From Sphaerodactylus townsendi (lineage: Eukaryota): a DNA stretch of 64,000 bases. A model generated the notes under the pieces. It saw only the letters and a list, made by a program, of their open reading frames with translations. It made no database searches and was not told the DNA's origin. Below are positions 24,195-37,770 of the stretch, one piece after another. Both the position numbers and the translations under genes were made by a program. The stretch covers positions 80,848,001 to 80,912,000 of the forward strand of contig NC_059432.1 in the NCBI RefSeq assembly GCF_021028975.2, written 5' to 3'. Each line of letters opens with the position of its first letter. Position 1 is the first letter of the stretch.

Positions 24195-24425
24195 CAGTAA
24201 GGAATCTGCAGTCCCAATTAAGTCCCAAATGAACAGAATCTGTTTTGTGGATAAATTCAAGTTCAGCAAATTCATGCTGGAATCCCCTTTTGAATGTTTA
24301 TAGTTTTGGTGGTCAGCTGTAGTGTATGCCGGGAGATGGAAATGTTCTCCCACTGGTTTCTAAAAGTTGCTATTTGTAATCTCAGATTTATGTCCATTTA
24401 TTGCCCTGCATAGAGACCAACCAAA
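24195..24425 (-). mobile_element. Penelope-like (Neptune-type) GIY-YIG endonuclease C-terminal relic
   Basis: Minus-strand translation SLCRAINGHKSEITNSNF*KPVGEHFHLP, then AELEFIHK and GLNWDCRFL-like segments, typical of PLE endonuclease ends. Confidence 0.72.
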
Positions 24426-25339
24426 ATAAATATTTCTTATTTCGTCTTTCTGGACTGTTTAAAATATCATGAAATGTGTGTGCTTGTGTAAGTTTGGAGA
24501 TTTCTATACGAATAACTTACCAAGCTGTCCTTATTTTAGAAAAGACCTGTCCATGTGCTTGTAGAACGGGGGAAATCATCTTTCAATATGAGACAAAGCT
24601 TAAATGCTGTGCAAACATTTCTGAAAGTTACTCTTCTGAAGCCATCTCATTCATTTTTCCTCCCTGCTGTTGCTGCCTAGATGATGACAGATGGAGTGGC
24701 ATGTTTAGGGTCAGAGGGTTTTCCACCAAGTAGAACAAGTCAATCTACATTCTCATCAAGACCTCATAGCTGTGTTTGGAGTTAACTTTATTGTATTAGT
24801 TAGTATAATCATTTTAAAACAATGCTAATTTGGCCCCACCTGAATAGAAACACTCAAGATCATTTAAATCTAAAGAGCTGAACCTGCTGTTATGTGTCTG
24901 AATATAAGCAGGGACTTGCTTCATTAGTTGTTTGCTCAATTTTACCACCAGCTAAGTATACATTGTTCAGATCAAATTGATTCTTTGAAAAGGGATAATC
25001 TATTGTGACTTGCTTTTACAGAAGATCAACACAATTTGAGAACAAAAATATAAATAATAGTTTTTGATTCTGAACGTTAAACTCATTTTGCATCAGTGGC
25101 TAAATTCATTAAAGCAAAATTCAAGGATTTATGTTGATTAATCAGCAGAGTATTGGTGGATTAATGTTCCTAGCAAACTTTTTCTCTCTCAGTTCAATGA
25201 GTATATTATCCAATACCAGATTAGGGTTTTACCTTATTTCATGAACACACTGTTTTAATTAGAAAATTCTAATGTCTGGATGAATCCATCCATGGGAGAC
25301 AAAGGTTTGGTCTGTGGTTTTAGTTACTGCAGTGGCACT

Positions 25340-25790
25340 TAGAGAATCACAGAGTGGGAAGGGCCCATGCAAGCCATCTAATTCAAACCCCTGCTCAATG
25401 CAGGGCCAGCCTAAAGTATCCCTTGCAAATGTTCATCAACCACTGCTCAAAGACTGTCAATGAGAAACTCACCACCTCCTAGGTGGATGATTTCACTGCT
25501 GAACTACTCTTACTTTTTATAAAAATACTAACATCCATCTGGAATCTTTCTGCCCATAATTTAAACCCATTATTGCAAGTCCTATCTTCTGTTGCCAATG
25601 GGAACAACTCCCTGCTGACAGCCTTTTAAGTACTCAAAGAGAGCAATCATATCTGCCCTCAGTTTCCTCTTCTCCAAACTGAATATTCCCACATCCCTCA
25701 GTCTTTCCTCATAGGGCTTGGTCTCCAAGTCCTTGTTCATCCTCATTGCTGTCTTCTGCACCCACTCCATTTTGTCCATTTTGTGCTCCA
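25340..25790 (-). mobile_element. CR1 LINE 3' end (second subfamily)
   Basis: MEWVQKTAMRMNKDLETKPYEERLRDVGIFSLEKRKLRADMIALFEYLKG plus 3' UTR; homologous to 34375-35179. Confidence 0.9.
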
Positions 25791-28700
25791 TACCTCATGG
25801 CTGTTCCATTATTCAATTCTACTTTGAGTTTGTGGCTCCACTCTGCAAAACCAATATTCTTCCTCTACAGTCTCCTTCTCTTGTCGTTCTTTTTCTCTTG
25901 TCTCCTTCAGTCAAGTTTTACACTATTAATCCAGTCATCCCTTTGGGTTTCTGTCCACTGATTCTCTCTTTCTTCTGCTTCCCCTGGACCCAAGTCCTTG
26001 ACTATGCCTCCCCACTCTTCCATTCATTGTCTTTTATTTATTGTGCCTTCTTTCCTTGTAGCAATGCCTGCATCACTATCCTCCCACAATGGAGGGTTTC
26101 TAGCATATTATACCCACATGGAAACAAGAAGACCAGATACTGCGAAGCTCTAAAATCTAGAGAGAAGTTCAAGTGAGGAGAATGTCAGAATAATCCCAAC
26201 ATCTCTGCACCCTTTTCCAACAACACGCTGTATTCTATCAAGGTCTGTCCACAAATCTACCCTAGTGCTAGATCTACTTTTCAAACTAGAATTTGACACC
26301 TTTGATTCCAAGCCAACAGTGATTCACAGGGATTACATTTTATGCATCTCCCCTGAGCCTTTTAGAGAAAGACTGACTATAAACATCATAAAATAAATAC
26401 ACTAGGTACTAGATTCAATACTATGTGGGACAGATGCAAACAAGAGGAAATCTGAGGTGTATAGAAACAAATTGTTTGGCAGAATATTGATTCCTGGCAG
26501 ATAATCTGGAAAAAGAAAAGAGCCTGGTAAGAGAGCAAAAACATGGACAGAAATGGATGAGATATAGATGAGCAAGATACATAAGAACTGCTAAGAACTT
26601 TGCAGCATTTGGGAATATGGAATGGCTGCATATGAAAGCTGGCACTGCAGAGAAATAAGCAACAATCATTTCCAAAAAGGAGTGAAGACAGAAATGGCAC
26701 AAGTCATCTCCCAGAATCTGAGAGTCACACACAGGTAGTTATTAGACAAGGGCATATTGTCAGGGGGATATTATCTAGGTGATTGAGATGCGTTCCCAAT
26801 TTGATGTAACTGCTTAAAATAACACATCAATGCTGCTCAAAAGATATATGTAACCAGCCTACTATATGTAACCACTGCCATCTGCGCATTCTTTCCTTGA
26901 TCTGTTCTTTATGGCTTCACACACTTTGTAGGAAACTAAGCTTCCCCTGGTAAATCTGTCCCATGAGAAAAGAATTACATCCGTTATCTCATGGGGCAGG
27001 AAGTCAGGTGGCTCTCTCACTATCTGCCACTGACCTTGGTGTATCTCAGCTGTAAAGACTGTTTTTCACAAACTCTTGGAGGGGCTGTTTCAGTGGGGAA
27101 TAAAGGGAACTGTGAATGGCAGTTTCTTCAGAACTGGCTTTGCCAATTATGGTGCTTCAATACCTCATCAATAAATGCTGCTGATCAATACTTCAGAGTC
27201 CATTTATTGGGTTAAGGTTCCGAGACCTAACAGAGATATGCAGCCCTACAGGGCTGTGGTTTTGTGTATATAAAGAGGCTGATTTGGACAGCTAGAAACC
27301 CTGAAAGTAAAAACCTAGAAGCAGCTTGGCAAAACCCCAACATACCACAGAAATGATATCACCATAGCCCAGAGATCCTGGAGTGCTTTGAAAGCAAAAC
27401 CTGGCGATCTCAAGAACATAAAAGCCCCAAGACGAGACAAGGTGCAGAAGATAATAGCTGCCACTTCTGTTCCATCAACACTGTTCTTTATAATCTATTT
27501 CTTGGCTGTGCAGAGTGATGATCTAAGTCATCTTGGCCCAGTTGTGTGTATTCTTTGATGTGGCTTTTTAAAAAATAAAAGCAAGGAAAAAAGCTCACAA
27601 AGGCACTGACTTTCCTAAATCATGTGCTCACCACCAAAGTCTTTCCCTATTCCACCTAGTTGCTCTACTTCCTTCAGCTTTTGTTTTTCTTACACATGTA
27701 TCACTAATTTACATCTCCATTGCATACATCATCAGCCACATTTTACTTTTCACCCCAGATAACACCGAAATTGCTGCAGATGTTATTGATATAATCTTAT
27801 ATGCAAACTTATGTTTTGTGATAAATTCACAAATGTTTCAGATGATTACCCTCTGCAATTCCTGCTCAGTTCTTACGCCTAATACAAGAACTGAAGAATA
27901 GATCTGTATGAAAACACAGGTAGCCTGTATAGTGAAGTAGACCGAGGACTGGGAAAATGTGAGTGTAGAGATCTGCAGTTGTGAAATTCACTGGACAAAC
28001 TTGGGCCAATTACTATCTACTGCTTTATCTCATAGGGATTTCAGGGAAGGAAATGAAAGAATGGCAACAATGCTACTCTGAACTGCAAAGGGCAGGATGC
28101 AAGCACAGTTAATAAGGGAAAGATCAACATGGTTCTCATGTCTTCCATTCCATTTAGTTTCTCTCCCTAAAACTGCTTGCTATTTTTTACTGCCTTGAAC
28201 GGTGTCTTGCAGCAGAATCACTCTGTGTATTGTCGCGTAGCAGCAATAGAATCAGTCCCAGATCCCGCAGCAGTAGTAGAAGTTGTCATGACAGAGCGTA
28301 ACGTGTGCTGGACTGGCAACAGTGAAACTGGAAGCATCAGGACTTGAAGCTGCAGGGTCCTCAGGTGGGCTGAACAGGAAACGATGCAGAATGCAACTGA
28401 TCCAAGAGTTGGCATTGCAATGAATCACCCAATTGTTTTGTCAAAAACATTTCTTTTGCATCAGTTTGACTCTGCCAATTTCAGTACAACCCTAACAAAA
28501 TTATGTAAATATAACCATAACACTTAAAAAATAAAAGTGCAGTGTCAAAATCACTGCCTAACATTTGTGGGGAAGTACTAAGAATAAAGCCTGCATTTCA
28601 CATATTTGCCATCTGCAGCCTAGACCATTCTCCTACTTGTGCTGCTGATGTATATATTACAATGTTGATGATGTTATGACAGGCATTTTATTAAATTTCA

Positions 28701-29279
28701 GTGAAATGCAGATACAGTGGAAATGGAACCCCACATGATAATCATAAAAGTAATTTCAGGCATATTTTCATATACATGTCATAAAGGTTTAGCACATGGT
28801 TAGGTGTTTTAGATACTGGAGTTCATCCAGAAATTGAAAGCCTTCGACAATACATCCAGAAATTGTCCGCATGATCAATTAGCCTGCTATTACAGCTACA
28901 TAATTCGTGACTGCCTCTGATCTGCTTCTACTACCCACTGACTTGTTAGAGATTGAAAGACACGGAAAACAAAATAAGAGAGATCCTGGGTCATTAGAGA
29001 AAACAACACTTAATCTTGTGATATGTTTAAAGTTTGACTGCGGACAAAAGCCTACATCATCCAGTGTACTGAAGGTGTTGCAGGCAGATAAACACATGAG
29101 TGTCCCGGCATGGGGATTCATCACTGGAAGTTGTTTTTGGTGCTGGAGAAGATGAAGGCATTTAAAGTTTCACCATTTCCTCAGCTGGGCATTAGCCTCT
29201 ATGCTGGGCATCCAGGATATGTCAGGGAAAAGATCTAGTCTCAGAAGATAGGAATCTCTTGCAAGAGGGGGGAACCTCA

Positions 29280-29416
29280 NNNNNNNNNNNNNNNNNNNNN
29301 NNNNNNNNNNNNNNNNNNNNNNNNNNNNNNNNNNNNNNNNNNNNNNNNNNNNNNNNNNNNNNNNNNNNNNNNNNNNNNNNNNNNNNNNNNNNNNNNNNNN
29401 NNNNNNNNNNNNNNNN
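29280..29416. other. assembly gap
   Basis: run of N. Confidence 1.
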
Positions 29417-31350
29417 ATAAAAGCCATAATGAAATGCCATACAATATGACAGTAAAATCACTATAAAACCAATCATAAAACCATCAAACATTATATACTC
29501 TAAAACTTCCACCCAAACCACCCACAAAAGTTGGTGGAGTACACAGAACATCTCTTGCCCCCCCCCTCCCAGTAGGGAGGAATCAGCCAAATGCCTGAGT
29601 GAAGATGCCAATCTTCACCAGCTGTTGAAACTCCAGGAGGGTAGATGCCTAGTGGGCCTCTAGTGGGTGGACATTCCACAGTGCAGAGGCCACTGTTAAG
29701 AAGATGCTCAAGGTTGCCCCAACTCTCCTCACCCCCAAAGTGGACAGGAAAGTCAGACAGGCCTCCTTCTCTTACTTCAGTGGTCAGGAAGGAATATATG
29801 CGTGGATGCTCTGTCTCAAGTACCCAGGACCAAAGCCATTTAGGGCTTTATAAGTTAGTATTAGTACTTTGAATTGGGCCCAGTAGCACATCAGAAGCTC
29901 CTCCAAATTGGGGTAGTGTGGTCCCGGTATGAGGCACCATAAAGGCTGGGTGTCATCTGGATATTGATGACAACCCATGCCATATCCTATGATGACCTCC
30001 CCCAGCAGCTTCATATAGATATTAAATATCATAAGAGACAGGACCAAGCCCTGGGCAACATCACAAGAGATCTCCCAGGGACCTGAGCATCGCCCCCTTC
30101 CATCTCTGCTTCCTGGAGCCTGGCACTTATGTAGGATGAGATCCTCTGCATTACAGTGTACCTCAGTCCAGGCCTTCCAAAGCCTCCTCAGAAGGATACC
30201 AGGGACAGCAGTATTAAAGATCACTGAAAAATCCAAGAGTACAAGGACATCTTACCTCTATCCCTTTCTCTGAGGAGGTCATCCATCAGGGCAATGAAGT
30301 CTGTTTCTGTCCTGAACCCATGCCTGAACACCAACTGACATGGATTCCAGGGAATTTGTTTTTCGCATTTCTCTGATACCAGGAACTACACTCTATCAGT
30401 TTTCTACCAGCATGGCCAATTGGCCATGCTGACAGAGGCTGGTGGGAATTGTAGTTCCTGAACATCTGGAGAGCCGCAGGTTCCCTACCCCTGATCTAGA
30501 AAATCAATTTCATCCAAGTGTGCCAGCAGTTGCGCTGGCCACCACCTGTGGCAAGACTTCACCCAGATAAGGGACATTGGTTACAGGGTGATAGTTGTTA
30601 AGATCTTGTTAAGATAGTTAAGACCACTCCCTTCAAAGTCTGAGGCACATTTCCATTCCTTTTGGAGGCATTCACCACCTCCTGTACCAATGCAACCACC
30701 ACCACCCTAGCTAGCTTTGACAGTGGATGATGGGCAAGTATCAAGGGAACAGATGGTCAGCCGTAACACTGCAAGTAACTTGTTTACGTTCTCAGGACAC
30801 AACAATTGAAATTGATCCTATATAACCTGAGCATACAGTTCTCTGGAGATTACCTCAGGATTATCCAAAATCATGGAGTCCAACTCCATACAAAACTGAG
30901 CAACTTGGCCCTGAAAGTGGGTCAAAGATGCTCCAGAGTGATCGTGCCAACAGTCCTGATCTTCTTGCCATTCCATAGCACAAACAGGGCCTCGGCAGGA
31001 GCACCAGTCATGTTGGCCAGAAACTTTCTCAGAGCCCACAGAAATCCTTCAGATTTCATCTTGGTTTTGAGGGCAGATAATCAGTTCCACACTTCTGCAG
31101 TGGCACCAATAGTTCAAATTTCACCAGATAGTGATCCATCTATGACAATGGGCAGATCTTGAAGCCCTCCACCAACAGACCATCACCTCTTTACCCAGTT
31201 GCAAACACCAGCTCAAGAGTATGTCTAGCTTCATGAACAGAGTCAGAAAAATATTGAGACATCCCCATAGTTGTCACGGCAGCCATGAGGCCTGCTCTAC
31301 ACAAGGCATCCTTGGCATGGACATTGACTTCCCACCCCTAGCTGTACAAA
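29417..31350 (-). mobile_element. decayed L2 LINE (pre-RT linker, RT, 3' UTR)
   Basis: TICSLDTCPSS, DFSVIFNT, VAQGLVLSLMIFNIYMK, HQYPDDTQ, QFKVLILTYKALNGFGPGYL; internal deletion and many stops. Confidence 0.85.
30347..30493. mobile_element. hAT-type palindromic MITE inserted in L2; left arm garbled
   Basis: CATGGCCAATTGGCCATG centre; right arm ...GAGAGCCGCAGGTTCCCTACCCCTG followed by ATCTAGAA. Confidence 0.78.
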
Positions 31351-33710
31351 GCAGGTATCCATTCCTCTTTGAAGCTAGGAATACAGGGCCAAGCCAAGCA
31401 GCTTCCACTGCTTGAGAGAGATGGAATTATTAATCTGGGATGCCCTACCTATGACAATGAGTTTGATGGGGAAAAGAGTCTCATGCAAGATTATGTTGAT
31501 CAACATAACACCTTTGTTGATCTTCAGACTATGAGCCAGCTGGAGTGCATGATGTAATGATTTTCAGATGCCGGATAGGAAAATCTAGTTGGGACAAATC
31601 CTACATTTACTTCCACCAACCATGACCTGGATTAATTCCACAAATGAAAACAAATCAGAAAAGAAAGGGGAAAAAAGAAAAGAAAATCTTTCTCATCTCA
31701 CTTTTTCCAAAATTTCCCTCGAAGGAGCAGAAATACATATACCAGTATTTGCATTTCTCTGTCGCCTTGCACTACATGTTGTCTCAATGAATGCTGTACT
31801 GGAGCTATCTCTATACACACTTAAGATATTACGCATAGCACTTTAAAAACTGAACCCTCTTTGGGATCTGAAACTGTTTCTTTTTGGAAGAATTGGATTT
31901 GTCAGAGTTCTGTACCTATTTATCTCCCAGCATCTGCCAGCTACTAGGAAATTTAAATAGACCAGCTCTTGGCACTCTGATACTTATACTCATTCTTCTC
32001 GAAGCAGAGAGAATATTATTTTGGAATGTCTTTTTGGCAGAGTATCAATGCTGATATGCGGTAAGATTTTTTTTTAAGGAACGTGTTATTCCTAGTGTGA
32101 GATTTAGTAGCAATGGATACTTTCTGACTAGTAAGATGTAAGCAAAGCTCAGTCCAATTAATCCAGTGGGAGGGGCTTAGCTACATGATAAACTCTTCTA
32201 TATATTAGATCATGGCTTTGGATGACTCAGGCTACCCTGTTATTGAAGATTCAGGATAACAGCTGTAAGTAACACTACTTATAGAAAGAAGCACAAGATG
32301 CTGGGTTGGATCCGATGGGGAAAGTGCGTGGGAGAAGTTGGATGAATGGACCTTCCTCATTTTTTGCTTCATTGGGAAGCTCCATGCATGACCCCCAAAC
32401 TCCTCAGCTATCATAAACAAAATATACTGCAGCACCAGTGGGGGCTGTGGAGAAGAAACGAAAAGCAAGTCAAATCACTGTCCCCTTCAAAAGCTCTGAA
32501 ATTCTTTTCTTCTCATAGAGACTCCTCTTCATTCCGTTAGTCATCTGGTTGCTCCACCAATCACAGCACAGGTCATCTTTCTCAATCAGTTCCTATGAAG
32601 TTCAATGTCTATGAAGGTTTTTCCCTTGCACTATGTGACTGCTCTTTGTTTTTGGCTGCATTTTCAAACCTTATTTATCTGTGCAGTCCATCACTGCTGT
32701 CTTCAGAATTGTTTTTCATCTATATTACTTGGTGACTGACAGTGTTATCCACAGGAGTAGAAAGGCTTAGAGGGGTGCAACTCTTTGAGATGGCACCAAA
32801 AGAGAACAGGTGCCTACCAAATCCCTGCATCCTGTACAGCATCTCAGGAGCATCTGTGTAAAGCTGCCACATAAGCACTAGAGATTCAGGCTCCTTCCAC
32901 TATAACAGTTCAAAGTTACCAGTAAGTTTCATGTTCTTTTACCATTAATAAATCTTTCAAAATGCAGTATTTTTACTACAACTGAATTAAAGTGAATGTC
33001 TATTGATTACTATTAGTTCATGGAGACTGTGAATAATTTTAATAGCACAACATACCCAGCATGTTAAAAGTTTAATCTAAGAGATTGCTTTGGTTGTTAC
33101 CAAGAAGAGTCCTGAGCTTGCTTGCTTTTGATATGCAAAGCACCTCATTCCTGCTTCTTCCCCAAAAGCATTTCAATACACCTTAAACTTTAATTATGTT
33201 TCTTTGAAGGATGTTGCTAGTTAAATCTTAGTTGATTTTTCATTAGAATTCCTCAACACACCTTTCAATTATACATGTAACTTTTTTGTTTGTGTTTCTA
33301 ATATCCTTAGACATAATTGCCTAAGGAATGGAAGTGAGTTGTGGACTCATGTTCTAACAGTCCCCAGCCCGCCCTCCCACTGCCTTCCCCACCGGGTTCG
33401 CCAATACCATCCCTATTGCCCAGAACCCTCCCCCCACTCCCTTATTCCTCCACTCACCATCTCCCACCCTCCCAAAGCCAGAACCCAGCAGAAGCCCCCC
33501 ACCATTCCCCTGCCCACCATCTCCCACCCCCAAAGATGATGCCAGAGAGGAGGAGGAGGAGGAGGAGGAGGGGGGAACTGAACCCAGGTCTCCAAGATCC
33601 TACTCTGAGATTTAAATCACTATTCTTTACTGGTTTCCTGAAGACATCTTGGAAGTCACTATGGAAAACAGGATAGTGGACATGATGGGCTTTAGATATA
33701 TCCTAGTGGT

Positions 33711-33908
33711 AAGGTTGATAACCTCCAAGTGGGCTTGGAAAAATCCCAGAATTACAACTGATCTCCAGACTCCATTTATCAGTTCCTGTGGATGAAAAGA
33801 TTGCTTTGGAGGGCTAACTCTGAGGCACTATGTCTCTCTGAAGACCTTGCCAGCCCCAGGCTCCACCCCCATATACATAGGAATTTCCAACCTAGAACTG
33901 GCAACCCT
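33711..33908 (+). mobile_element. about 200-bp MITE with GGTTGCCA / TGGCAACC-type ends (copies near 40420, 43885, 51398, 54778, 56880(-); split copy at 10950 + 12106)
   Basis: Recurrent GAATTACAACTGATCTCCAGAC...CAGTTCC..GGA.AAAA...CTTTGGAGGG...CCCCAGGCTCCACCCC...TGGCAACC. Confidence 0.75.
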
Positions 33909-34374
33909 GCCTAGTGGGGTGGCCCATACATTATGTGCATAATAAAATCCTACATATCTGCTTGTGCGGATATAAATAAATCAGCCCTTTGAAAACAACC
34001 AAAATATACAATCTCTTCTTTAATAATGCACCTTAAGCTTCTGACCTAAAACCAATCCTATCTATACCCATGAAATGAATGTAGAATTGTTCTCTTGAGG
34101 CCTTGAAGGACAGAATACCTGCTTCAGATGCTGCAGCTCTTGCCAATAAAAGCCCACAATAAATATGCTACTCTTTCAAGCACCATAGGATGTGTTCTTT
34201 TTTTTTCACTGCAATGAACAATTACAACTAGCCTACAGACATTTGCTGCAACAGGCATGTTTGAAGCAAAATTACTGTTGTGAAAAGTTTCTTCAAAAAA
34301 TTATTCCACAACTTTTAGTGAAATTAAAGTTGTGCTGGATGGAAGTGCATATGTCCCAAATACAGAAATCTGAC

Positions 34375-35179
34375 ATGAAGACTTACAATGATTTGTTAAA
34401 ATGCTGCACTAAAGGTGGATGTGAACAAGATGCAATTCAGCAAGGTTAAGTGTAAAGTTCTAAATCTGGGCAACAAGAATGAGAAGCGCACATACTGGTT
34501 GGGGAATACACTTCTGTGTCTGTGAACAAGACCTTGTGAACAAGACCCTTGGATATGGGTGGGCTGTAAGCTAAATATGAGCAGCCAGTGTGATGCAGTA
34601 GCAAAGAAGACTAATGTTGAGGTGTATCAACAGAGGCATAACATCAAAATTGCATGATGCCATGGCTCCCTTATAGTTACCTGGAGAACTATGTGCAGTT
34701 CTGGAGGCCTCACTTCAAAAAGGATGTGAACAGAATGGAGCAGGTGTCAAAAAAAGTGATGAGGATGATCAGGGGTCTGAAGACCAAGCCCTATGAGGAA
34801 AGGATGAGGGACTTGGGAATGTTCAGTCTGTAAAAGAGGAGGTTGAGGGGGGTCATGATTGCTCTCTTTAAGTGTTTGAAAGGCTGTCACTTAGAGGAGG
34901 ACAGAGAGTGATTTCTGTTGGCAGAGGATAGGACTCACAATAATGGGTACAAATGATGAGCAGAATGGTACCCGGCAGATATTGGGAGGGGTTACAGTAA
35001 GAGTAATTCAACAGAAGAATCAGCTGCCTAGGGAGTAAGTGAGCTACCCCCTCACTGGCAGTCTTCAAGCAGCGGCTGGATGAACACTAATCAGGGATGC
35101 ATTAGACTGATCCTGCACTAAGGTATTGGATTAGATGGTATGTATGGCTCCTTTCAACTCTATGATTCTGTGGTTCTAA
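34375..35179 (+). mobile_element. CR1 LINE 3' portion
   Basis: MQFSKVKCKVL.LG, VQFWRPHFKKDVNRMEQV, GLKTKPYEERMRDLGMFSL; 3' UTR ending CTATGATTCT. Confidence 0.92.
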
Positions 35180-35211
35180 GTACATTCTAATGAAATAAGG
35201 TTGCCCCCCCC

Positions 35212-35259
<48 letters not shown>
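35212..35259. repeat. compound (CT)n(CA)n microsatellite
   Basis: direct inspection. Confidence 0.97.
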
Positions 35260-35264
<5 letters not shown>

Positions 35265-37289
35265 CTGTGGCAGGAGATCTCCTGCTGGCAGCCTTTATTG
35301 TCCATTGTTCTGAACAGTGATAGGAGACTTTAAAAAAAAATACTACCAGGATGCATGAGATGCTGTCACTTTCAGGAAAAACTCACATCACATATGTGAC
35401 ATCACATCACTCTAGAAATCACTGAAAATACTATGGCAATTCCTTGATTTATCTGACACCACTTCTGTTTTTTTCCCCCAGAAGTGAGGTGAAGATGCAC
35501 ATGATACCAGTGCTCTCCATGTCCCCACCCTCAAACTCTCACCAATTGCTAGTCAACCCTATAATGAACAAAGTATTTCTGTTAGATTTGCAAAACTTTA
35601 TGTGCCATGGGACAATCAGTGAGCAAAGGTGTACTGAATAATATCAGTTAAACCAGCATTGGGACTGTAGCTCTTTTCTAAGAATGGAAAATTCACACAC
35701 ACTGGGGAAAGAATAAGGCTGTGGCACCATCTCCACCTTTGCACATTTACTGAACATATGTGGGAAAGCCTATATATCTGTAAGGCTTTCTCTGTATAGT
35801 GGGAACCCTGAAAAAGCAGGGCTCCTGACTGCATGGACAGAGTATCACATGTATACATGTATTCATACATTTGCCCTATATAAATTCCAACAAATGAATG
35901 TAAGTTGAGGGCAGCACTTGTCTTTGTAATTCCCCTGTTCTCCCCCCAATCAACCCCACATGCATTCATTCTCCCCACTTAGAAAATCTTTTTTAAAAGA
36001 CAGATGATCCTTATGAATTCACATTTTAGAAGCATTTTTCAACAAGAGCCCTCTCTAGCTCTGCCTCAAGAGCTCTTATACATTGAAATGTGTTGTTTTG
36101 CTGTGTTCTGTTACCCAGAACTTGCTAGGGATGTAAGACTACTGAGAATCAGTCTTTCTCTGCTTTGTTTTGAAAACATGAGGGTTTGTATTGCAACAAC
36201 CAGCCTTGCCTCAGCAACACAGCCATACACAAAAGCTGAATCTTCTTTCTGCTGAACTGACTGTTGAGGAAAAGAGAAAGACAAAACAGTACACACGATT
36301 TCTGCTTATGTTTCATCCAGGCTCAATATTACCATCCAGTTCTCAAGAATACCAAGATGAAAAGAACACAAGAAGAGTGCCTGCAAATCCATTTCAGAAC
36401 TCCTAAAATGAATATTAGTTGTAGCAGTTAAGGAGTTGTGATCCAGGAGGGCATCACTTCTAGTCTCACAGCTAAAGGCCTAAAGCTGCCAGTCTCTTTC
36501 AGCCATACTACTCCACAGGCAATATGAACATAGTAACACTAGTGTACTTTACAGGGCTGTTGTAAGGCTACCTGTCATAATGGCAAAGTGCCCGGAACAT
36601 GGCATGCAAATGCTATGCATTCAGTAATGCCCAGCCTTGTAGACAGAAATATTTTATGGGGCAAATGCATATAGCGGCGGGCAGCCATTTCCTTTGCAAG
36701 CCTGATTTAGGGCAGAGAGGGCACTCCCAAGTCAATTCACAGTGCAATAGTTTTGCAATGGCAAACTTGAACCAGCAAGCTTATTTATTTATTTATTTAC
36801 TTACTTACTTCATCCATAGCCTGCCTTTCTCCCCAGTGGGAATTAAAAACAGCTTAAATCATTATCCTCTCCTCCATATTATCCTCACAACAACTCAGCA
36901 AGATAAGTTAGTATGGTTTATATTTGGGTCTGGCATCCTACAGGCCTGCACAATTTCAAGATACATGTAACTAGAGGTGCCAGTCCACTAATGAGAGCAG
37001 GGAATTAAAATTTTTTAATGGCCTTGGGTTGATGGTTTGGCATCGCCTCCAGGGAAACCCAGAAGTGACATCATACCCCACTAGGAATCACTGGAAACTC
37101 TATGGTAAATCTTGCTGCTAAAACACCCAGAAGCTGTAAGAATAATTTGACACCAGACCAATTCTTTCTTTTCCATATTACTGCTTGGTCACTATAGAAA
37201 TGGCTGCACTGGACCATATGGAATAATTTATTCAATCAGCCTCTTAGGACTGTTATTCCAAAAGACTGCAGAAAGAACACATAACAGAA

Positions 37290-37770
37290 TGAATTGTTTT
37301 ATTATTTATGTATGCTATTAATAGTCTACTTTTCTCACAGGAACTCAAGGTAAATTATACATAGTGAATCAGTACATTCAACAAAATGGGACATTCAATA
37401 ACCAGGATGTTAGGCTATTAGAAGTTTGGAACCATCAGAAAGAACTGAAGCATAGCATAAGTATTGACATCAAATATTAAGTCGTGTAGAAGTTACATAA
37501 AAGGATCCTATTTACCAGGGTCCTATACACATCAAGAGTCCCAATCACTGACCAAATAACTTTGTGAACCATTTTACACAGTGCAATCTTGTTACATGCA
37601 CAGAAAAGCCCTCTTGAATAGTTCAGTTATGCATAGTTTGTGGAAGGCCAACAGAGCAGGAACTTTCCTGACCTCCTTGGGCAGGCCATTCCACAAGGTG
37701 GAAGCAACAATGAAGAAAGCATGTGTATGGGCAGATGTTGATTTTGCCCATTTGCAGGTTGGCTGGCTGA
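37290..37770 (-). mobile_element. old L2-like 3' fragment
   Basis: Reverse complement encodes TLWNGLPKEVRKVPAL..F-like ORF2 end. Confidence 0.5.

Noticed and set aside
33339-33676. Pro/Arg-rich ORFs
   Set aside because: Low-complexity C-rich tract plus (GAG)n; no coding signature.
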